In this document: piece after piece, positions 1 through 11,016 of the stretch
Position numbering within the stretch: the first letter of the stretch is position 1
How the letters are laid out: every line of letters begins with the position of its first letter
Assembly (NCBI GenBank): GCA_963733195.1
Contig: CAVTCR010000056.1
Span: forward strand, 96,001 to 160,000
From: an uncultured delta proteobacterium
GTDB taxonomy: Bacteria; Desulfobacterota; Binatia; Bin18
Reading direction: 5' to 3'
DNA length: 64,000 nt
Notes under the pieces: generated by a model
Seen by the model: the letters and a program-made list of their open reading frames with translations, nothing else
Told to the model about the DNA's origin: nothing
Database searches by the model: none
Position numbers and translations under genes: made by a program

Positions 1-101
1 TCCAAGAGCAAGAAGCGAACGGGGTTGATGTTCATTTTGTGAACGTCGATACCAACGACAACCGGGAGTACGAGCAGGCGTTGGTGAAATTGGTTAGATA
101 A
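1..101 (+). CDS. 3' end of an unidentified CDS running in from the left edge
   Basis: Open frame from position 3 reads QEQEANGVDVHFVNVDTNDNREYEQALVKLVR and ends at TAA 99-101. Confidence 0.5.
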   Translation, partial: QEQEANGVDVHFVNVDTNDNREYEQALVKLVR

Positions 102-149
102 ATAAAGCCACGTGGCGTTTTGTCATCGGATAATGCGACCGCTCGCTAT

Positions 150-233
150 TGTCATTCTGAGTGGAGGGAAGAATTCTTCGACAGGCTCAGGATAGGTCTC
201 TCGGAAAGACCCTTCGTTTCACTCAGGGTGACA
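150..233. repeat. REP-like palindromic intergenic element between convergent genes
   Basis: TGTCATTCTGAGTG (150-163) is an imperfect inverted repeat of CACTCAGGGTGACA (220-233); CTTCGACAGGCTCAGGAT lies between them. Confidence 0.55.
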
Positions 234-314
234 GACACTTCATATTAGTCTTCTGTGGTCTGATTCTGCCTCTTTTGAGGAAGCATGGTTGTGCGCCCCT
301 CTTCTTCGATAAAC

Positions 315-1148
315 CTACTTCTCGATCTCAAACACGCGATCCATCAACTGCTGCGTTAACGCAGCACCAGGAAGTGCCAAATCGAGATCGTGCCCGAGTT
401 CAAGCGCAAGCCGTAAATCCTTGTGGATGAGTTGCAATAGCCCCTGCGGTCCACTGGTGTAGGTATCTTTTAGTCTACGCTGCTGGGTCCAGTTGTCAGC
501 AATGCGGCTCTGCGCAGCTCCGGCGTGGACGACTTGCTCCATTGCTTTAAGATCTACTCCAGCCTTCTCGGCGAGTCGCATTCCTTCTGAAGCGGCTAAC
601 ATATTGACATAGACAATCAAGTTGTGAGCCAGTTTCGCGACTGCGCCAGACCCAAGATCACCAAGGTGAAAGATATTTGCGCCGGAGGTGGCGAAGAGCG
701 GACGACACTTCTCGAATACCTCTTTGTCACCTCCGACCATGTAACACAGCGTCTTTGCATACGCGCCGCGTTCACCTCCGCTGACTTCCGCGTCAATGAC
801 ACTTACGCCCTTAATCTTGGCAAGTTCGGCAAGCTTGCGCACAGTTTTGGGATGAACCGTACTGTGAACAGCAATGACACTGCCTGGTTTCGTGCCGTTA
901 AGAACACCACCTTCCCCAAGAGTGACAGCCTCTACTTGTGCATCATCTACGACGACTAATTCAATGATCTCTCCGTGTGAACCGATCTCTTGTGCCGAGT
1001 GAGCGATTTTCGCTCCGAGCCCGGCCAGTTCCTGTACAGGTTCCGGTCGTACGTCGTAGACCATCAGATCAAAACCCGCCTTGGCGACATTAATCGCCAT
1101 CGGCTTGCCGATATTGCCTAGACCGATAAATCCAACTCGTGTTGCCAT
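315..1148 (-). CDS. NAD(P)-dependent oxidoreductase, 3-hydroxyisobutyrate dehydrogenase/tartronate semialdehyde reductase family
   Basis: GFIGLGNIGKPMA Rossmann motif, DAEVSGG, and AKLAHN with the catalytic Lys. ATG at 1148 follows a GGAGG RBS. Confidence 0.9.
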   Translation of the reverse strand: MATRVGFIGLGNIGKPMAINVAKAGFDLMVYDVRPEPVQELAGLGAKIAHSAQEIGSHGEIIELVVVDDAQVEAVTLGEGGVLNGTKPGSVIAVHSTVHPKTVRKLAELAKIKGVSVIDAEVSGGERGAYAKTLCYMVGGDKEVFEKCRPLFATSGANIFHLGDLGSGAVAKLAHNLIVYVNMLAASEGMRLAEKAGVDLKAMEQVVHAGAAQSRIADNWTQQRRLKDTYTSGPQGLLQLIHKDLRLALELGHDLDLALPGAALTQQLMDRVFEIEK

Positions 1149-1430
1149 AACGTTCCCTCCACTATTAAAGACAGTAATGAGCGATGAGTAATGAGTACTG
1201 AATTTCAAGTTGAAGATTCACACACAAAATACTGACCGATTCCTTTTTGTTATTCGGTTGCGCAGTTCTTCTGGGCTCAGGCATGGTGCGTCTGGCGTCG
1301 CCATATGGGCATACTCCTTTTGTTACGCACTGTGCCGGCTTAATGATTCTGCCGCAAGCACGATAGATTGATCTAGACCGGACACGCATGAACAGGCATA
1401 GGCCGCTGCGAAAGGCATGAAGAGGCATCT

Positions 1431-2189
1431 ATGAACAAACGTGTGAAGGTTATCATTCCCTTTCCCTTTGATGAAAAAGGGATCGCTAATCGCCGTGCCC
1501 AACTTCCCAGCGAGATCATTCATCCGGGATTCGAGGTTGAGTTTGTGCCGGTAAAAAATAGCTGTGCATACGGAGGCAGTTATTACGATACTTTGCTGAT
1601 GGACATGTTCATCTTCGAGGCAGGATTACGGGCAGAACAAGAAGGCTATGCCGCGGTCTGTATTGATACTGTTAGTGACTCTGGATTGTACGCATTGCGG
1701 TCACGCCTCAAGATTCCGGTACTTGGTCCTGGTCAGGTTGCCTTTCATATCGCGGGAATGCTTGGACATAAGTTCTCTATCATTACGATGTGGGACGAAT
1801 GGTTCCATTTGTACAAAAAAACTCTGACTGAATATCGCCTATGGGATAAAGTTGCTTCGCTTCGCTCTATTAAGACGCGTCCTGATATCGAGGCACTTTT
1901 CACCGACAAAGAAGAGATCATCTTCGGTAAGCTTGAACAAGAATCACTGAAAGCAATAAACGAAGATGGTGCCGATGTGATTGTTCTCGGCTCAACGACG
2001 ATGCACCAATCCTACGGCTACCTCAAAGAACGTCTGCCGGTACCGGTGATTAATCCTGGCTTGGTAATGTACAAACTATGTGAAGTCTTCTTGGAGCTTG
2101 GCTTGTCGCATAGCAAGCACGCATTTCCCGCACCACAAATGTTAAAAGACGAGGTGATTTTTAGCCACTTGATGGGAGCAAAGCTCTGA
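1431..2189 (+). CDS. Asp/Glu/hydantoin racemase family protein
   Basis: AEQEGYAAVCID, LKIPVLGP, DGADVIVLGSTTM and PVPVINP match the family pattern. Confidence 0.85.
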   Translation: MNKRVKVIIPFPFDEKGIANRRAQLPSEIIHPGFEVEFVPVKNSCAYGGSYYDTLLMDMFIFEAGLRAEQEGYAAVCIDTVSDSGLYALRSRLKIPVLGPGQVAFHIAGMLGHKFSIITMWDEWFHLYKKTLTEYRLWDKVASLRSIKTRPDIEALFTDKEEIIFGKLEQESLKAINEDGADVIVLGSTTMHQSYGYLKERLPVPVINPGLVMYKLCEVFLELGLSHSKHAFPAPQMLKDEVIFSHLMGAKL

Positions 2190-2244
2190 GGAGATAACCT
2201 GTTCACCCTCTCCTTATTCGCCCCAACATTTTGGACTTTTGGTC

Positions 2245-4482
2245 TTACGCGTGTGGTGCCGGTTGAGGTTGAGCTAACAGATTGGCAATCGGCTTTACAT
2301 CAAGCCACCACTGTTCTTGTGGACGCTGCTGTGCCAAATCCATGAGACGTGGCAAATCGTCGAGAGGCTGGAATTGTATCTGTCCACCTTGTAACCCAAG
2401 ACACACTGCGGCGGGCGAGGGCTTCTGCGCTTCGGCAATCAGGAAATCAATACTCTGATCGGCAAGCCGCATAGCAAGAATGCGGTCGAACGGTGTTGGA
2501 CTACCCCCCTGCTGTAAATGCCCCAAGATCGCTTGGCGGACATCAAACACGCCTTTCCCTTCCTCCGCAAAGAGGGTGGAGATAAAATCTGTCGTATAGC
2601 GGGGATGGGCGTGTTCGTTACGGATCATGAGACTGAGCCGCTTGCCCTGTTGGAAGCCACGGGTCAAGAGAGCGATATCTTGTTGAAGGTCACTTAGAGT
2701 TATTTCTTCTTCCGGCAAATAGACCCGCTCCGCTCCGGAAGCGAGCCCGCTCATTTGTGCTAGATACCCGCACGTACGCCCCATGACTTCAACGACAAAA
2801 CAACGTCGTGAAGCGACGGCAGATTGTTTGATTTTGTCGACCGCTTCAACGATATTGTTTAGTGCAGTGTCAGCGCCGATGCTTAACTCAGAACCCGGCA
2901 GGTTGTTATCAATAGTTGCAGGCATGCAGAGCAGAGGGATATTAAACGCCGGAAAATTCTCACGCATGCGGTATAGTTGGTAGACGGCTTCATAGCCGGA
3001 CCAGCCACCAATCATCAGAAGTCCCTGAATATGGTGTTCTTCCAAAACTCGCGCTATCGCATAAAAATCCTTTGCACTGGGGATCTTCCGATTGGTTCCT
3101 AATTCGGCACCGCCTAAGAGAGCCCAGCCATTGACGCTCATCCAATTCATTTCGCTTAAATCGCCAGCGATAAGTCCCTGGAAACCGTTACGAACCCCAA
3201 ACATGATGTGACCTCTATCAACTCCTAATCGTACTACCGCACGGACGGCAGTGTTCATTCCTGGTGCTGGTGCTCCTGAGTGCATGACGGCTATACGCAC
3301 TCGTCGTTGTCCAGGTTCTGGGGCGTGCGGTAACGCGCGTACGAGGGTGCGTAGGGTGCGAAAGGCAGCTTGGTAGTTGCGGCCGCGTAGCGACAGGGCA
3401 GTGGAAAAATCACGATTGATGATGGCATTGGTTGTCGCGTGAGTTTTTTCGAGGCAGTCCTGCAATGGTGTCTGTATGATCCGGTTACCACGCATACCGA
3501 TGAGAACCGGGGGTGTCTCAGATGTCGCGGTACGGATCGCCTCAACTGCAGCATATCCTAGGAGTGTGCTGAGGTTACGATCAAACGCGCTAGGGGAGCC
3601 GCCGCGCTGCATATGGCCGAGGATTGAGATGCGTACATCCTCTCCGAGTCGCTCTTCTAGCACTTGTTTAATGTATGTGCTGGTGAGGCGATTCCCTTGC
3701 TGGTCCTGGGCGCCCTCGGCTAGGATAACAATACTGTCGCGGCGACCGGCAGCACGTCCTGTTTTCAATACCTCACACATGCGCGCTTCCCAGTGCTCTC
3801 CTTCTGGAGGACTGCAGGGGATGAGCGCCCAATCAGCTCCACTGGCGAGCGCTCCCATCAGCGCGAGGTAACCACAATGACGTCCCATCACTTCGACGAC
3901 GAACGTACGCTGATGGCTTGCGGCAGTGCTGCTGATAGCATCGACAGCTTCAGTAATCCGATGGAGGGCCGTATCTGCCCCAATCGTCATGTCCGTACCG
4001 GCGATGTCGTTGTCAATCGAACCAGGCAACCCGACCAAGGTAAGCGTAGCGTGGCGAGCCGCCAACTCAGGGCTGATATGGTTGTGCTCAACCAATTCGC
4101 GTATGAGTACGGGCCATTCTTGATGAAAAAGAGCGGCCCCAGCTAAGCTGCCATCGCCACCGATGACCACCAAATTGTCAATTCCATGGTGTAGGAGATT
4201 CTTTGCTGCCTGCAGGCGTCCTGTCCGTGTCCGAAATGCTTCACTACGTGCTGTACCGATAATGGTCCCACCGCGCTGCAAGATGCCACCCACCGCGTCC
4301 CAACTCAGTGGGCGTATGCGTGTGCCACCTTCTACCATCCCCTGGTATCCTTCATAGATAGCGTAGACTTCCATGCCGCGGTCTAAGGCTGTTCGTGTTA
4401 CCGCCCGTACGGCGGCGTTCATGCCTGGGGCATCTCCACCGCTGGTCAATACGCCAAGACGTTTATCGAGTGTATTCGACAT
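2245..4482 (-). CDS. pfkA: 6-phosphofructokinase, tandem two-domain (eukaryotic-type) form
   Basis: 745 aa with two PFK repeats: LTSGGDAPGMN / GGDGS / GSIDND / EVMGR, then HSGAPAPGMN / ATIDNN / EVMGR. Confidence 0.92.
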   Translation of the reverse strand: MSNTLDKRLGVLTSGGDAPGMNAAVRAVTRTALDRGMEVYAIYEGYQGMVEGGTRIRPLSWDAVGGILQRGGTIIGTARSEAFRTRTGRLQAAKNLLHHGIDNLVVIGGDGSLAGAALFHQEWPVLIRELVEHNHISPELAARHATLTLVGLPGSIDNDIAGTDMTIGADTALHRITEAVDAISSTAASHQRTFVVEVMGRHCGYLALMGALASGADWALIPCSPPEGEHWEARMCEVLKTGRAAGRRDSIVILAEGAQDQQGNRLTSTYIKQVLEERLGEDVRISILGHMQRGGSPSAFDRNLSTLLGYAAVEAIRTATSETPPVLIGMRGNRIIQTPLQDCLEKTHATTNAIINRDFSTALSLRGRNYQAAFRTLRTLVRALPHAPEPGQRRVRIAVMHSGAPAPGMNTAVRAVVRLGVDRGHIMFGVRNGFQGLIAGDLSEMNWMSVNGWALLGGAELGTNRKIPSAKDFYAIARVLEEHHIQGLLMIGGWSGYEAVYQLYRMRENFPAFNIPLLCMPATIDNNLPGSELSIGADTALNNIVEAVDKIKQSAVASRRCFVVEVMGRTCGYLAQMSGLASGAERVYLPEEEITLSDLQQDIALLTRGFQQGKRLSLMIRNEHAHPRYTTDFISTLFAEEGKGVFDVRQAILGHLQQGGSPTPFDRILAMRLADQSIDFLIAEAQKPSPAAVCLGLQGGQIQFQPLDDLPRLMDLAQQRPQEQWWLDVKPIANLLAQPQPAPHA

Positions 4483-4547
4483 CGTAATTGTTCACCGTTT
4501 CTTCACTGAGCTGTCTCAAACTCCTTTGATCAGGATAGGGCCTTAGA

Positions 4548-5403
4548 TAGTCTAATACTATAAAGCCCGATATGCTTTCTGCCCATGTTCCACTACGGTC
4601 CAACGCCGGTGATTGTTGAGCCAACTGAACGTCCGTTCCACTTTCCAGCGTTGGCGACATACCGCCCGTGATGCCGATCTTTGGGAGGACGGCCACGAGG
4701 AACCGTACATGATTTTTGCGATAAGGCGCGAGGGGAATAATCCGACGTTGCGCAAGGCGCGGCGGTGCGCCTCCTATCGTTCCTGTGTCCAGACCCCAGC
4801 GTTTAGGTTTGCGTTTGCGTTTGCCGATGCGAATGCCATCAATCGTCTCCCACAGTTTGATCAGATCATTACGGTTGGCAGTACTGAGCGTGCAGTTGAG
4901 CGGATGGCCATGGCGTCGCTGACCAGAGGGCGTTTCAGCCCATTAATTCGGTGTTTTCCCGCGTATCCGACTTCTTTTTTTGCCCCTTTCTCGATTTCAC
5001 GACCTGGCATCATGAGAACAATTCTTGAGATTCAGCCGCCCTCGACGATCAGCTTCTTTCCTCAACTCGGCCACCATGCGTTGCCAGACCCGACGCCGTT
5101 GGTACTCCAACACCCGCCGGTTACACGTCTTGGGGGAGGCACGAATATCGTGCGGCATATCTTCCCAACGACACCCGGTGGGCAAGACATACAAGATCCC
5201 ATTCCCACCTCTCGTTCATCGGCACGGGGCCGACCGGTCCGCGCAGGACGTGGGATGAGCCGTTGGAGATAGTGCCATTGACCATCGGTCAGATCGGACT
5301 GATACGGTTTGCTGGCATGTCCGCTAGCGTAGCGCAGCACGAATTTCGTCAGCAACTGCCCTTTTACCACATGAAATCACATCTGGCATGAGTGAGACAC
5401 TCA
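4548..5403 (-). mobile_element. IS5-family insertion sequence, frameshifted transposase (ends approximate)
   Basis: YQSDLTDGQWHYLQRLIPRPARTGRPR, TGCRWEDMP and RWKVERTFSWL lie in separate frames. Confidence 0.8.
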
Positions 5404-5903
5404 CTGAGAATTTTCTTTTCCATCAGTAGCAGAGAGAATAGTATCTGCAATCGGCGTTGCGGTCCCTGACGAAACCGCAATACCAATGCCAAGGCAGGGC
5501 GCAAGAGATAGAACTTCTCGTGTCAGCGGTAGACGGGAATTCCTCAGGCTTGGCGATCTTCTTCCTTGTCTAAGGGAGGAAGTAAGAAGATGAGAAAAAA
5601 GGCAGTTCGATAGCAAAGTGATGCTAGGGCAACACGTGGTAGGTAATGATAATAGCGAGAATGTGAAAAATCTTTGATTCTACAGATAAAGTATGAAGGG
5701 AAAATCTGGCATGCTTTCTGCTCTTCTCCTTACGCATGTCAGGCGTGGTGGTCGTGAAGAGAGAAGGTTTCCCTCCTTTCCCTCTCTTCATTTCCTGGGA
5801 CGGTGGCTCCCTACCACCGTCCCTCGTTTTCTCATTCTCACCAAGAAAAATGCTTTAACTCGCAAAGAGACGGACGGGAAGGGAGGCATGTTGTAGGGAA
5901 AGG

Positions 5904-6152
5904 ATGAAAAAGATCATGCTGAAACTAGTGAAAGCGAACGATATCGCTCTGAGTGATAGTGAAATGCACGAACGTATTGCTCATAAGGCGTACGAAATGT
6001 ATCTCCAACGTGGAAGTGGGCATGGATATGATCTTGAGGATTGGCTTACTGCTGAACGCCTCGTGCAAGACGAACTGCTCACTACGTCTCCTGCTGAGAC
6101 GAAGAGCAGAGCCGTTGCAAGCACGCAAAAAAAACTTCGTGTGAAGAAATAA
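5904..6152 (+). CDS. DUF2934-type small protein
   Basis: ERIAHKAYEMYLQRG..HGYDLEDWLTAE signature; GGAAAGG RBS. Confidence 0.8.
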   Translation: MKKIMLKLVKANDIALSDSEMHERIAHKAYEMYLQRGSGHGYDLEDWLTAERLVQDELLTTSPAETKSRAVASTQKKLRVKK

Positions 6153-7430
6153 GACTAGCGAGTGAAAAAGTGGGGAGCGGTGGAGGGGGCTAGGAGAGGG
6201 CTAGTGAGTGAGCGGAGGCAAGCTGGTGATTTTGAGTGGCGAACGAATGAGCGGTGGGAGGGGTCTTTTGAAGGACTTTACTGTTGCTGTGTCGCTTAGG
6301 GCGTGGTGACTGGGGAATTTGAGCGGCATTCGGTCAGTTTTATGCCGAACTGGGGCGGCCGGCGTTAGCAGGCTGCTCGTGGGGCTACCTATTTGAGATC
6401 TCTTATGTGAGTGATGAGGTGGTCGTGGCGAGTTGGGTGGAGAATCCGTATTGGCAGTATTTCTGTGGGGAGGAGTATTTTACCACGAGGTTCGTGTGAT
6501 CCGACGAGTTTAGTGAAGTGGCGGCACGGGTAGGCGTAGAAGGGAGCGAGAAGTTACTCAAGGAATGTTGGCGGCAGCGCACGGGAAGCGGTGCTCACGG
6601 CACAGAAGTGAAGCGTGTGAATGTGGATACGACGGTGCAGAGAAGGCGATCGCGTTTCCGACGGATGCGCGGTTGTATCACAGGCCCGGCAGCGCTGGTG
6701 CGGGTCGCGCAGAGTTGTAACTTCCAGTTACGGCAGAGCTACGAGGCTGGGGAAGCGGGCGTTGGTGACTCAAGGTCGGTATGGGGCGGCGCGGCAACTG
6801 AAGCGGGCGCGGCGAGAAACCCGCAACTGCGCACGTATTTGGGGCGCGGCGCGGAATGTGGAGCGAGGGAAATTGAAGCTGGCGATAAAGCAGCACAGGT
6901 GGTGAGCGTCGCGCGGCGGATCTTGACACAACAACGCCGAGATCACGGCAGGTCTATAGTGTTGATGCCCCGGAAGTGGAATGCATTGCCAAAGGCAAAG
7001 TGCCCAAGCCCTACGAGTTTGGGTGCAAAGTGCCGATCGTGACTACCTCGCGGCAGAACTGGATTGTCGGGATCGATGCCGTGCACGACAATCCTTATGA
7101 TGGTGCGACCTTGAAAGCGGCGCTCGCCCAAGTCAAGCGTTTGACGGGACGCAGCCCGAGGCAGCCTTGTCGATAAGGGCTTTCGCGGCCAGCGCTATCA
7201 TCCGAAGGGAGTTGCAGTCTATGTCGCAGGCCGCCGGAATCTCCCCCCACAGTTGAGCAAGCTGCTCAAACGCGCTCGGCGATGAGCCCGTCATTGGGCA
7301 CACGAAGCACGACCACGGGATGGACCGAACTATCTGTTAGGGAAAGTCGGCGATCGCATTAATGCCCTGCTCAGCGGCTCTGCCTGGACTCAAGAAACTC
7401 TGGCGCCATGTCGCACATCGCACCAGTACC
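6153..7430 (+). mobile_element. IS5-family element, heavily degraded copy of the IS at 27466-28870
   Basis: Colinear nucleotide similarity to the minus-strand copy; ECIAKGKVPKPYEFGCKV and WVENPYWQYFCG motifs; many deletions. Confidence 0.85.
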
Positions 7431-7547
7431 GGCAAGAAGATCTACGTACACAACGCACGAAATGTAGCAGAGTGCTCCTCTTCATCATTCCGGGTAAAGC
7501 CGCAGGCTGCGGACCGGAATCCAAGAGCTGCATCGAAAGTATTTCGC

Positions 7548-7880
7548 TTATTCGCTCCTCATCTCTGTCAAGCGCTCGTTCACAAACGTTAGTGTTCCTA
7601 AGGGGCGTAGCGCGCCGTGATAGACCCACACCTCTCTGCTTTCCTCAGAGCCAGTCGAGAAAGCCTGGCGTGACTTCGGTGGCCCGAGGCGTTTCAAGAC
7701 ATCATCCTCTGACATACCGAGACGTAAAGAATTGAACCGTTGAATCTGCTCATCTTCCTGTGAAGCAAAGTCCTCCGCCATTTGCTGCAAGTCTTGTGCG
7801 GCGCGGACAAGCGGGTCTTGCCGTTGATAACAACCAGAGCAGAGAACGACTAGAGCAAAGAAGAACACAACGTGTTTCAT
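7548..7880 (-). CDS. Lipoprotein with SmpA/BamE-like domain
   Basis: Signal peptide and lipobox MKHVVFFFALVVLCSGC; LRLGMSEDDVLKRLGPP..EVWVY motif; ATGA overlap with the upstream stop. Confidence 0.7.
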   Translation of the reverse strand: MKHVVFFFALVVLCSGCYQRQDPLVRAAQDLQQMAEDFASQEDEQIQRFNSLRLGMSEDDVLKRLGPPKSRQAFSTGSEESREVWVYHGALRPLGTLTFVNERLTEMRSE

Positions 7881-8863
7881 TTGCCAAACGTTTCTATGAG
7901 ACGGGAGAAATCCTCTTTCGTAATTTGACTCGTCGGTGGTGCGGCAAGAACAGGCAATTGCAGGCCGGCTTGCCGGAAGCGTTCGATATGGGCACGACAT
8001 TCTTCAGGAGTACCAAGAACATAGAGCTCGTCTACCATCTGGTCGGGAATAGCTGCCTCTGCCATCGCACGATTGCCGGCTCTCCAGTAGCGATGGACTT
8101 CTTCTAAAATGTCACCATACCCAAAGTGACGGAACCCTTGGATATATGTGTTCGCTTGACAATACCCGACTAACACTCGGCGGAGCTGCTTGAGTGTCTG
8201 TTCACGATTGTTCGTCACTGCGGTGTGAATGTAACAACCAATGTCGATATCTACCAGCGACCGTCCTGCGCGAGCTGCGCCTTTGGCGATCTCGGCAATG
8301 GAGAGAGAGACCTGCCGTGCTGGCAGCCAGGCAAGGAGGACACCGTCAGCGACTTCACCCGCAAGTTGCAACATCTGGGGATTCACTGCTGCGAGATAGA
8401 TGGGAATTCGACCTGAGGGTGGAGGTACACTGAGCTGAAACCCGTGTGGTTGGTAGAACTTTCCTTCATACGTGACGCGCTCACCGGCCAGCACGCGTCG
8501 CAGAATGCTGACATACTCACGGGTGCGCGAGACCGGATAATCCCAGGGAATGCCGTGAAAGTTATTGATGTTTTGTGTACTCACTCCCAGGCCGAGGCAG
8601 GTGCGCCCAGGAGCAATAAGGTCGAGCGTCATTGCTTGCATAGCCGTCAAGGTTGGCGGACGCAAGTAGATCGAGACGATACCCGTGCCAATATGGATGC
8701 GCTGTGTGCGGGCCAACAATGCACCCACCATTGTGCACGTTTCCACTCCCCAGGCTTCACCGACAGAGATATAGTCAAATCCTCGCGCTTCTGCTTGTTG
8801 GACGATGTCAGTGCAGAAATCCATTGGTAATCCGATCGGTGGGATGCCCAACCCTACACGCAT
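7877..8863 (-). CDS. LLM-class (luciferase-like) flavin/F420-dependent oxidoreductase
   Basis: AEARGFD, TQRIHIGTGI, GRTCLGLG, IPIYLAA, AGEVADG; ATG at 8863 with RBS. Confidence 0.9.
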   Translation of the reverse strand: MRVGLGIPPIGLPMDFCTDIVQQAEARGFDYISVGEAWGVETCTMVGALLARTQRIHIGTGIVSIYLRPPTLTAMQAMTLDLIAPGRTCLGLGVSTQNINNFHGIPWDYPVSRTREYVSILRRVLAGERVTYEGKFYQPHGFQLSVPPPSGRIPIYLAAVNPQMLQLAGEVADGVLLAWLPARQVSLSIAEIAKGAARAGRSLVDIDIGCYIHTAVTNNREQTLKQLRRVLVGYCQANTYIQGFRHFGYGDILEEVHRYWRAGNRAMAEAAIPDQMVDELYVLGTPEECRAHIERFRQAGLQLPVLAAPPTSQITKEDFSRLIETFGK

Positions 8864-8901
8864 TGCTCTTCTCCTATGTGAGTTTACGGCAGCACGCTCT
8901 G

Positions 8902-10901
8902 TTACGCGCTCATTGCTTCTGCCAGTTCTGTCCAAACGGCATACTGCTCTTCTAACGTCTGTTTGAGTGTTTCGTACTCTTGTGTGAGTTCACGTGCCCG
9001 TTGCGGATTTGTGAAGGTAGTGCCATCCGCCATCAATTGTTCGAGCGTGGACTTACGTTCTTCGAGGGTTGCCACTTTCTTTTCGATTTCCGTGAGCCGT
9101 CGTTCCCGCTTCTGCTGTTCTGCGCGTAAGCTTTCTGCTGTTCATAGGACAACTTGCCACGTTTAGCATCCTGAATGGCGGCTAGCGTTCCAGCTACGTC
9201 ACCAGAGGATCGCGGAGTGTGGATCATAGCTTGGGGATTAGAGGCACGAGCCTTCTTCTGCTGGACCTCGGACTCTGGACTCTGGATTCCGGATATTTTC
9301 TCTTTCCAATGCAGAAATTCTTCGAGAGTCCCAGGATAGACCACAAGCTGGCCTTGCTGCATTTCTATAACCTTGGTGACTAGGCCAGTCAAAAAGTAGC
9401 GGTCATGTGAGACGATCAAGAACGTCCCACCGAACTGTAATAAGGCTTCGCGCAGTACATCCTTGGTGCGCATGTCGAGGTGGTTCGTGGGTTCGTCAAG
9501 AATCAAGAAGTTCGACGGTTGCAGCAGCATCTTGGCTAAAGCTAGGCGACTTTTCTCACCTCCACTGAGAACCATGACTTTTTTATTGACCGCGTCTCCG
9601 GAAAAGAGGAACGCACCCAACAACGTGCGCAGCTCGGGGACCATTGCAAGTGACGCATTCTTGGCAATTTCGTCGTATACCGTACTGTCGCTGCTGAGCC
9701 GGTCGGCTTGTTGTTGAGCGTAGTAATCAAGCACAACCTGATGCCCGAGGCGACGCTCTCCGGTTGTGGCGTCTTCGACACCAGAAAGAATGCGGCTGAG
9801 TGTCGACTTGCCAGCACCGTTAACACCAACCAGCGCCACACGTTCTCCGCGTTCGATAATGAGATTCACATCACGAAAAACCTGCAACGAGCCGTACTGT
9901 TTCCCGACATTTTGTAGCTCTAGCACAACCCGACCACTACGTGGTGCCGGAGGAAAATGAAACCGCACCCCCTTAGGGAGACTTTGCGGCGGCTCGATAC
10001 GTTCAAGCTTATCGAGTTGTTTGACGCGACTCTGGACTTGCGAAGCTTTGCGGGCATTGTAACGAAATGTGTCGATGAAGCGTTGAATCCGCGCAATCTC
10101 TTCTTGTTGTTCCTCGTAGGCTTTCCTGTGGGCTTCGATCTCGAACTCGAACTGTCTCTCAAAGCTTGAGTAATTCCCGGTATATTCTGTGATCGTTTGG
10201 CGATAGAGCGAGGCGACGCGAGTCACGAGGCGATCAAGAAATTCACGGTCATGAGAAATGATGATGACGCTACCGACGTAGGCGCGTAGATACGATTCTA
10301 GCCAGAGCAACGAATCAAGATCAAGATGGTTGGTCGGCTCATCGAGTAACAAAATGTCAGGCTGCTGGAGCAGAAGTTTGGCGAGCGCAAGACGCATCTG
10401 CCAACCACCGCTAAAGGTTTCCGTTAGCTGTTCAAACTGTGATTCGCGGAAACCAAGCCCAGTGAGCACCTTTGCAACTTCTGCATCAGCGCGAAATCCT
10501 CCCAGTTCTTCGAAGCGATGTTGCAGATCTCCGTAGCGGGCGAGCAGCTCGTCATGTTCCTCGCTACTGGCATCGTTACGTTCGAGTGCGTCGTGAATCA
10601 CTGTCAGTTCACGTTGGATCTCGGTGAGTTGCGGGAGGGCTGCGCGAGCTTCGACAAACAGGGTGCGGCCAGTTAGGGTAATACCTTCTTGTGGCAAGTA
10701 TCCGATCGTCGCTTCGCGTCCACGTTGGACAGCCCCACTATCCGGTTCAAGCTGGCCGATGATCAGACGAAAAAGCGTGGTTTTACCCGCGCCGTTCGGG
10801 CCAACGAGGCCAACCCGTTCACCTTTACGCACATGCCAATTGAGGTGTCGAAACAGTTCCTGTCCACCAAACGATAAGGAAAGGTCAATAAATTGTAACA
10901 T
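8902..10901 (-). CDS. ABC-F family ATP-binding protein (apparent frameshift near 9125)
   Basis: Two ABC domains (GPNGAGKT / FSGGWQMR / LLDEPTNHLD; GVNGAGKS / LSGGEKSR). The C-terminal coiled coil (EQQKRERRLTEIEKK...WTELAEAMSA*) continues in another frame to TAA at 8902. Confidence 0.88.
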
Positions 10902-11016
10902 GAAAAATGAAATACTCGTGACGAGATTTCTGTGGATTGTAACAAAGGGGAGGAGGGTCAGGTAGGGGCGCGCTTTCACTTGCCTTGTTTTCCTCAATCT
11001 CCTACAGTGCACGGCA

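Noticed and set aside
4613-5272. 219-aa plus-strand ORF and the many other antisense ORFs in the track
   Set aside because: They are shadows of transposases or well-supported genes on the opposite strand, with no motifs.
7466-7525. Hairpin CATTCCGG...CCGGAATCC as a possible tRNA or ncRNA
   Set aside because: No cloverleaf; more likely a REP-like or terminator hairpin.
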